Shown: in pieces, positions 26,845 through 32,215 of the stretch
How the letters are laid out: every line of letters starts with the position of its first letter
How positions within the stretch are numbered: position 1 is the first letter of the stretch
DNA from: Frankiales bacterium
Lineage (GTDB): Bacteria > Actinomycetota > Actinomycetes > Mycobacteriales > SCTD01
NCBI GenBank assembly: GCA_025965755.1
Contig: JAOPWI010000366.1
Location: 1 to 32,215 of the forward strand
Direction of reading: 5' to 3'
DNA length: 32,215 nt
The notes under the pieces: generated by a model
Database searches by the model: none
The model's input: only the letters and a program-made list of their open reading frames with translations
What the model was told of the DNA's origin: nothing
Program-made: the position numbers and the translations under genes

Positions 26845-28170
26845 TCAGCGACCCCGCAGGTGATGTTCGACGATGTAGCTCCCCACGTTGCGGCCGAGGG
26901 TCTTGCCTTGTTCGGTCGCAAAGCGGAAGTGAATGCCGGCCTTCACGCGGGAGTCCGCGTTCTCGTCGGACGCCTGGGTGAAGCTGGTGAACGACCGAAC
27001 CGGGTTCGCCGGCAGTGCCGTCAATGAGCCCATCGAGAACGGCACGTGATCGGTCCCGAAGCTCCGCTTGAGGACCTCTGCCGCGCCGGCACCCAGAGCA
27101 CTATGCGTTGAGGGGTAGTCCTGGACCGGCGGGTTCTCGAGGTAGCTCTGCCAGAACGCGTCCTTGGTCGTGTCGGGGTTGCCGTCAGTGTCGCCGGCTC
27201 GGATCGCGCTGTGCGGACGCCAGGTGTCCCAGTGGTACTTGGAATCCCAGCCGGCGACGTACCCGTCGTAGAACGACATGCTGACGAGGGCGAACATCCG
27301 GGCAGTGCGCCAGAGGTCCAGCTCTTCGCTGGTCGCTGTGACGCGGGCGGCGCGGGCCCAGCCGATCTCGGCGCTCTCGTACCACCAGTGGGCGTAACGG
27401 CTCTGATCCGTCGTGCGGGTCGTGCTGTTGCCGGCTCCGACCGACTTGACCTCGTTGTAGGCCGTCGCGTACACACGGCCCGTCAGCGCCGGGGGCGCGG
27501 GCACGCGGAACTGGTGAGCGGACCTCAATCCGAATGGCTTCGCATACCGGAAGTCCTCTGCCAGCGCAAAGTCGTACGGGGGCACGAACTGGTAGTCACC
27601 CGGCTGCCTCCCCGGTGTGTATCCCGGGCTGACGAGGTCGATGTCCGTGCCGTCGTCCTGACGAAGGGCGACGATGGCCGCCGCTGCGTTGGCGCCCAGG
27701 GCAAGGGCCCTAGCCTTGCCGTTGCCGTTGGGTACCTTCTCGAGCCAGGTAGCGAGTTCCTCGTCCAGCTTCACCTGCTGGGCGGGATAGACCGCCACGA
27801 GCACGTCGTGCGCCGCCTTCGCTGCGGCTGCTACCGGGTGTGCTGCGCTGGAGCGGGCGAAGTAGGCGTACTGGTCGAACTTGGGCTTGATGGCGTTCAC
27901 CGCGTCGTGCATTGCTAGGTGCACCATCGCCTGGTGTCGCGGGCCCTTGAACGAGACGTAGCCGTCGTCGGTCAACGCCGCTTCGAAAACGATCCGGCTC
28001 CAGTCCACGACGACGTCACCACTTGCCTGAGAGGAGACCGTCGAGCCGGGGTTGTCCTTCTCGCTCTTCGCGTCGGCGACGCCGCCGAGGCCGAGGACCA
28101 CGACGAAGGCACCGACTGCTGTCAGTGCTCCACCCGTATGCACGAGCTGCGCCAGACGACGTCTTGTCAT
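26845..28170 (-). CDS. PAP2 / vanadium-dependent haloperoxidase superfamily protein with twin-arginine-like signal peptide
   Basis: Starts at MTRRRLAQLVHTGGALTAVGAFVVVLGLGGVADA (ATG 28170), giving 441 aa. The tripartite PAP2/VHPO motif is present: KYHWDTWRP, YPSTHSALGAG, SRVKAGIHFRFA. G+C and GC3 look lower by eye than in the flanking core genes. Confidence 0.7.
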   Translation of the reverse strand: MTRRRLAQLVHTGGALTAVGAFVVVLGLGGVADAKSEKDNPGSTVSSQASGDVVVDWSRIVFEAALTDDGYVSFKGPRHQAMVHLAMHDAVNAIKPKFDQYAYFARSSAAHPVAAAAKAAHDVLVAVYPAQQVKLDEELATWLEKVPNGNGKARALALGANAAAAIVALRQDDGTDIDLVSPGYTPGRQPGDYQFVPPYDFALAEDFRYAKPFGLRSAHQFRVPAPPALTGRVYATAYNEVKSVGAGNSTTRTTDQSRYAHWWYESAEIGWARAARVTATSEELDLWRTARMFALVSMSFYDGYVAGWDSKYHWDTWRPHSAIRAGDTDGNPDTTKDAFWQSYLENPPVQDYPSTHSALGAGAAEVLKRSFGTDHVPFSMGSLTALPANPVRSFTSFTQASDENADSRVKAGIHFRFATEQGKTLGRNVGSYIVEHHLRGR

Positions 28171-28467
28171 CGGTCCCCGCTTCTCAGTTCGGTGAACCGG
28201 CCCGGGGCTCATGGAGGCGTTGAGCTGTCGCAGCTTCCCGGCGGCGCTCCAGCCGACAGTGCTCTCGGCGCGGCAGGTCGTCAATGGAGCTGGAACCCGA
28301 GCCTCCGGTTCCGTCACCGCCACGTCGGCGCGGCGACGCAGACCCGTTCCGCCGCCCGACCAGCGCCACCAATAGGGTTCTCGGGCCGTACATCTGGCCG
28401 CGCAGACAAGCAGGACCGGGCCATTCTGGCCGCTGAGAGCGAGCGGCCACCGTCAGTACCGCTGGCG

Positions 28468-28745
28468 ATGCTCAGGGTGCCTCGCTTTGACCGCATCGAG
28501 GCGAGCGCCCCCTGCTCGGAGATGCGCGTAGACCGGCGGCCCTGGCTTGCGCCCGGTGCCGCGCTTGCGCGAGCGTCGCCCGGCAGGGCGACCAGTCGAT
28601 CGCGAAGGTCGCCCGCAGCTTCGGGATGCCGCGACACGTCGCCGGGCTGCATCCGCAGATCCAGGGTGGCCCGCCCGACCGGGCGAAGCTGGGAACACCG
28701 GCGGACGGCACCCCGCCGCCGCTGGACGCCCACGGCCGCATCTGA
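28468..28745 (+). pseudogene. IS3-family orfA (HTH transposase) remnant, frameshifted
   Basis: MLRVPRFDRIEASAPCSEMRVD resembles the IS3 OrfA N-terminus (..RRFDxEFxxxAVRxV..). After a frameshift, GDQSIAKVARSFGMPRHV resembles the ..SIAQVARDFGI.. HTH. Stop at 28743-28745. Orientation is opposite to the orfB pseudogene at 25973-26810. Confidence 0.5.
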
Positions 28746-28811
28746 CGCCGGCCGGCCGACGCCGCCTGTCCCTGCGTCATGTGGCCCACGGCACCGGTCA
28801 TTTCCCGCTGC

Positions 28812-28970
28812 TCAGGTGTTCTGAGTGAGCGATCCCGGTGGGGGAGCGCCCTGCGGGCTGATCGCGGTTTGCCACCGGCGGCGCGGATGGGCCGCGACAT
28901 GCCCGTAGCAGCCGGGCCGGGAGCGCGGCGCGCCGTAGTGCCCGCGGTTCCTGGCCAACTTGCGAGTCAT
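28812..28970 (-). pseudogene. possible further IS3 orfB N-terminal fragment (52-aa ORF)
   Basis: MTRKLARNRGHYGAPRSRPGCYGHV... resembles the SRGTYGAPRIHAEL..GH.V block at the start of IS3 OrfB proteins. The match is weak. Confidence 0.3.
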
Positions 28971-29005
28971 CAGTGCCTGTCAGGCCGGGCCCGGCCGAGC
29001 GCCCG

Positions 29006-29260
29006 TCACCGTTCCCCTTGCAGCCTCGTCTCCTTGCGAGGGAGCCGAAACAGCAGTCGTCCGAAAGAGAGCGTGCCCAGCAGGATGCCGACCTGCAGCA
29101 ACGGCGGATAGTCCTTCGCCGTCAGGCTGAGCAGCAGCAACACCACCCCGCCAAGGGTGAGCAGCAACAGGCCCAGGCGGGCCGCCGTGGCGGCCCGCCC
29201 GAGTCCGGTCGGCTTGGAGATCAAGGGGAAGGGAAGCAGAAGCCCGACATCGCCAGGCAC
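29006..29260 (-). CDS. hypothetical small membrane protein (about 72-84 aa, two predicted TM helices)
   Basis: High GC3. Product: ...GLGRAATAARLGLLLLTLGGVVLLLLSLTAKDYPPLLQVGILLGTLSFGRLLFRLPRKE.... It overlaps the upstream ORF. If the TTG at 29224 is the start, start and stop overlap as TTGA, which would indicate translational coupling. Confidence 0.5.
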   Translation of the reverse strand: MPGDVGLLLPFPLISKPTGLGRAATAARLGLLLLTLGGVVLLLLSLTAKDYPPLLQVGILLGTLSFGRLLFRLPRKETRLQGER

Positions 29261-30009
29261 ATCGCGTACGCCGCTGCTTCGTCGGCGTCCATGCGCGCCT
29301 GAGCGGCGTCGTACTCGATGCCCTGCTGGATGGCCACGGCTGCCGCGGCTCCGGCCGTGGTGGCGACGATGCTGATGTACAGGGCGCCGACGACTCCCAG
29401 ACCGACGGCGCAGGCGACGCTTGCACCGCAGGCCAAGATGGCCACGCTGTAGAAGCTGATCCCAGCGAGCGACGCCTGCACGCCCCCGACGACCGCAGCT
29501 CCGGCCGTGAAGATGCCGGCGAGAAGGCCCTCACCCGGGAAGAGCAGGGCACGGTCCATCCCTCCGAGCTCGACGAACTGGGTCGTCAGGCTGATGAACC
29601 GCAGGTACTCCGACGTCGCGGCCAGCTGCGCCGCCGTGTGCCGGTCGGCCGGCAGTACGGCGGAGGAGACAGCGTCGGGACTCCCGGCGAGGCGCAGGGC
29701 TGCGGCGACGTTCGCGCGCCGTTCTTCCAAGGTCGTCGACGACGCACTGGTCGGGTCGACGGTCACCTTCGGCGTCCGGACGGAGGACGTCATCGCGGTC
29801 AGCTTCTGCAGTGTGGCTCGCAGGTCGGGTGACGCAAGCAGCTCTTCGAGCTGGTGCGCGACGAGCTGGCTCGGACCGGGCGACGCGGCGGTCTGGGCCG
29901 CCAACGCCTGAGTGGGTCGTGCGGCGAAGACGACCAGAGCTCCGCAGAGAAGAAGGAGCAGGGCAGTCAGACGCGACCGGCGGATGAGGGTCAAAGGGTG
30001 ACTCCACAT
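29221..30009 (-). CDS. hypothetical secreted/membrane protein with Gly/Ala/Cys-rich hydrophobic C-terminal region
   Basis: Starts at MWSHPLTLIRRSRLTALLLLLCGALVVFAARPTQALA, a signal peptide with an RR n-region (ATG 30009; alternative ATG 30078). A roughly 130-aa polar region follows. The last about 100 aa read GLLAGIFTAGAAVVGGVQASLAGISFYSVAILACGASVACAVGLGVVGALYISIVATTAGAAAAVAI...AMCLAMSGFC. I recognise no family. Confidence 0.6.
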   Translation of the reverse strand: MWSHPLTLIRRSRLTALLLLLCGALVVFAARPTQALAAQTAASPGPSQLVAHQLEELLASPDLRATLQKLTAMTSSVRTPKVTVDPTSASSTTLEERRANVAAALRLAGSPDAVSSAVLPADRHTAAQLAATSEYLRFISLTTQFVELGGMDRALLFPGEGLLAGIFTAGAAVVGGVQASLAGISFYSVAILACGASVACAVGLGVVGALYISIVATTAGAAAAVAIQQGIEYDAAQARMDADEAAAYAMCLAMSGFCFPSP

Positions 30010-30381
30010 CGGCTCAATGTGTCGAGTGCGTGACCGAAACGTTTCTTCGTCGCATTGAGGCGGTGGTTCTCCGGGCATCCGTCGTAGACCTGCTCACCCT
30101 TGCGCCAGATGACCCTTACCCGATCGCTGGCGATGTCCAGGAGCAGGGCTGGCGACCGGCGGCGCAGACCGGGGCGGGGCAAGGCGGCGTGATGCCGTCT
30201 GCCGCTCCGCCCGACCACGCGGGCGGACGCTGTTGGCCCGGGCGCGCCCGGCACGATGCGGGGACGACACCGGACCGCACAGGATCGGCAGTTAGCAGCC
30301 ATGAACTAGCCCCCGACGACCTCACCCACGACCCCTCCTGCTCCCAAGAGCGCTGGCACGCTCACCCAGGAGCCGCTGCAC

Positions 30382-30738
30382 GTGCGCGCCTGGGTGCCGA
30401 GCTACGCCGCCGGCGACAGCACCTCTGTGCCGTGGTTCATCGCCCACATCGACCCTCAGGCGCTGACCGACGAGGCCCTCGAAGCGCTCGCGGAGGCGTT
30501 CGACCCGGACACCGAGGACGTCGCCGACGCCTTCCAGCTCCACCTGGAAGAGCACGGCTACCTCGGGCTGCACTCCCCGGACGACAACGAGCCGGGCCTT
30601 GCCGCAGGGCACCCGGCGGCCGCGGGCGTCACGTCGCAGGGGGCAGGGGCAGCGCTTGTCGATCGAGCCTTGCATGACCACTCCTCACCTGAGGGTGAGA
30701 GCGTCACGGCTTCGGAGGCTCTGCAGGGGCGCCGGTAA
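30382..30738 (+). CDS. hypothetical acidic protein (boundaries uncertain)
   Basis: GTG start. The first about 65 codons have strong GC3 bias (VRAWVPSYAAGDSTSVPWFIAHIDPQALTDEALEALAEAFDPDTEDVADAFQLHLEEHGYLGL). Codon bias decays in the 3' third, so the true end or frame is doubtful. Confidence 0.35.
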   Translation: MRAWVPSYAAGDSTSVPWFIAHIDPQALTDEALEALAEAFDPDTEDVADAFQLHLEEHGYLGLHSPDDNEPGLAAGHPAAAGVTSQGAGAALVDRALHDHSSPEGESVTASEALQGRR

Positions 30739-30811
30739 CAAGTTGTGAACAACTCGGCCGGTCTGGCCCTGCACTCGGCGGTTCAGACCCCGTCTGACCT
30801 GCGCTTCTGGG

Positions 30812-30884
30812 TGCACCCGAAGGGATTCGAACCCCTAACCTCTTGATCCGTAGTCAAGTGCTCTATCCGTTGAGCTACGGGTGC
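30812..30884 (-). tRNA. tRNA-Arg (anticodon ACG)
   Basis: The reverse complement reads GCACCCG-TA-GCTC-AACGGATA-GAGC-A-CTTGA-CTACGGA-TCAAG-AGGTT-AGGGG-TTCGAAT-CCCTT-CGGGTGC-A. This folds as a canonical cloverleaf with a 7-bp acceptor stem, a TTCGAAT T-loop and anticodon loop CT-ACG-GA. CCA is not encoded. Confidence 0.93.
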
Positions 30885-31035
30885 GCGTCGCCCTGGGACG
30901 ACGGGGACAGAGCATACAGGCCGTCGCCGCGGCCTGGATCAGATCAGCGGCCGGGCCCTGCCGCGATACGCGGCGGCGCGGGACGGGGCGCGCACGCCGG
31001 CACCCGCGGGTCAGCCTCATCGCGTGACAGGCGTG

Positions 31036-32215
31036 TCAGGCGACTCCGGCCTCGACACTGCTGCCCCGCACTCCCTTGAGCACCCTGACCTGCGCCGGAA
31101 TGCGCTGACGCAGGTCAGCGACGTGACTCACCACGCCGACCAGCCGGCCACCGCTGCGCAGCTCGTCCAGCACGTCCATGACCTGATCCAGGCTCTGGGC
31201 GTCGAGGGTGCCGAAACCCTCGTCGACGAACAGCGCGTCGATGCTGTGCCCGCCGGACTCGGCGGTCACCACGTCGGCGAGCCCCAGCGCGAGCGCGAGC
31301 GCCGTCATGAACGTCTCGCCTCCGGACAGCGTGGCGGTGTCGCGGCGCCGCCCCGTCCACCCGTCCTCGACCTGCAGCCCGAGGCCCGCGCGGGACCGCT
31401 TGTCCGTGCCTGTGTCGCTGTGGACCAGCGTGTAGCGGCCGCCGCTCATCTGCTCGAGCCGGAGGCTGGCCGCTGCGGCCACCTCCTCCAGCCGGCCGGC
31501 GAGGACGAAGGTGGACAGCGGCATGGAGAGGCGGTTGCCGCCCCGGCCGGCGACGAGTTCGGCCAGTCCCTTGCGCCGGGCGGCGTCCTCGCACAGGGCG
31601 GGCAGCGCAGCGCAGGCCGTGCTCCACGTCGGCACCAGTCGGGCCAGCGCCGCGGCCCGCTCGGACGCCACCCGCAGGTCCGCGACGGCCACCTCGTGCA
31701 CCCTGACGGCCTCGGCCAGCCGGGCCTCGCACGCGGGCACCGACGCGGCCGGCAGGAGCGGGACGGCCAGGTCGTCGCCGGCCAGCCGACCGCGCACGGC
31801 GGCCAGTGCGCGGGTGTGCGCGTCCAGCCGGGACTGCCCGCGCTTCGCCCAGTCGGCGTCCCGGGCGGCACGGGCCGCGTCCTCGGGGGTCGCGAAGCCG
31901 GCCGCCGCCGCCTGCTCTCGGCAGGCGCGGTCAGCCTCCGCGCAGGCCAGGTCCGCCGCGGCGCGGGACGCGGCGGCCTCTGCAGCAACCTCATAGGCCT
32001 GCGCCAGCGCGGCCACCTCGGTCTGTCGCCGGGGCAGGTCGACGTTCCCGAGCTCCCGGTCGAGCCGCGCGCGCAGGGTCTCGGCCACCTCGCCCTGCTC
32101 CAGCTCGCGGCGCCCGGCCTCGGCCAGCTCGGCCTGGCAGCGGGCCAGCTCCGCGGCGGTGTCCTGCAGGGTGCGCTGCAGCGCGGCCACCGCCGCCTCG
32201 GCCGCGGTGAGGCCG
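31036..32215 (-). CDS. sbcC: SbcC-family exonuclease ATPase subunit, C-terminal part (N-terminus outside the window)
   Basis: A long Ala/Glu/Arg-rich coiled-coil region is followed by the ABC signature LSGGETFMTALALALGLA, Walker B ALFVDEGFGTLD and D-loop/H-loop GRLVGVVSHV..LRQRIP..VRV. The reading frame stays open to the window edge. Confidence 0.85.
   Translation of the reverse strand, partial: GLTAAEAAVAALQRTLQDTAAELARCQAELAEAGRRELEQGEVAETLRARLDRELGNVDLPRRQTEVAALAQAYEVAAEAAASRAAADLACAEADRACREQAAAAGFATPEDAARAARDADWAKRGQSRLDAHTRALAAVRGRLAGDDLAVPLLPAASVPACEARLAEAVRVHEVAVADLRVASERAAALARLVPTWSTACAALPALCEDAARRKGLAELVAGRGGNRLSMPLSTFVLAGRLEEVAAAASLRLEQMSGGRYTLVHSDTGTDKRSRAGLGLQVEDGWTGRRRDTATLSGGETFMTALALALGLADVVTAESGGHSIDALFVDEGFGTLDAQSLDQVMDVLDELRSGGRLVGVVSHVADLRQRIPAQVRVLKGVRGSSVEAGVA

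Noticed and set aside
28171-28323. Upstream extension of the haloperoxidase ORF (track start 28323)
   Set aside because: The extra 51 residues precede a well-formed RR signal peptide that begins at ATG 28170, and they have no signal or TM character. The internal start is more plausible.
30322-30681. 119-aa minus-strand ORF antisense to the acidic ORF
   Set aside because: The translation is Arg/Val/Gly-rich and mirrors the GC3 pattern of the plus-strand frame, so it is an antisense artefact.
25607-30811. attL/attR direct repeat of the tRNA-Arg 3' end, and an integrase gene
   Set aside because: I scanned by eye for the TTCGAATCCCTTCGGGTGC segment or long sub-strings of it and found none, and no tyrosine or serine recombinase reading frame is recognisable. 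A computational search is still needed, so the island call rests on the IS debris and gene content only.

Overview
High-GC, actinobacterial-type chromosomal DNA. Coding density is high and several genes overlap by 4 bp (ATGA/GTGA). Most long ORFs antisense to the called genes are GC-driven artefacts.

Gene content, left to right:
- 1-9 kb: housekeeping and redox genes. These are a partial NUDIX hydrolase, an aldo/keto reductase, OtsA, a nitronate monooxygenase, a TetR + LLM oxidoreductase pair, an MBL hydrolase, a Zn-ribbon SAM methyltransferase and a GAF-ANTAR regulator.
- 9.1-11.9 kb: a quinone/electrophile-detoxification-like group (YceI, nitroreductase, AzoR, MarR) with clear operator palindromes.
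- 12.0-13.4 kb: an orphan lipoprotein solute-binding protein, followed by a 407-bp repeat-dense intergenic region.
- 13.8-25.6 kb: a lipid/steroid-type beta-oxidation cluster. It holds an acyl-CoA ligase, two SDRs, two crotonases, a thiolase, a fused double acyl-CoA dehydrogenase of the FadE34/CasC type and two TetR regulators. A two-subunit Rieske oxygenase is embedded in the same 7-gene operon.
- 25.6-30.8 kb: an accessory segment abutting the 3' end of tRNA-Arg(ACG). It holds decayed IS3-family fragments in mixed orientations, a Tat-signal PAP2/vanadium-haloperoxidase-like gene, and an unassigned pair (secreted protein with a Gly/Ala/Cys-rich hydrophobic C-terminus plus a 2-TM mini-protein).
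- Right edge: the C-terminal part of SbcC.

I saw no CRISPR array, rRNA, intact transposase or integrase.

The most novel-looking loci are the secreted-protein/mini-membrane-protein pair in the tRNA-adjacent island, the Rieske oxygenase wired into a beta-oxidation operon without electron-transfer partners, and the repeat-dense intergenic region at 13.4-13.8 kb. All functional calls come from motif recognition by eye; no database search was run.
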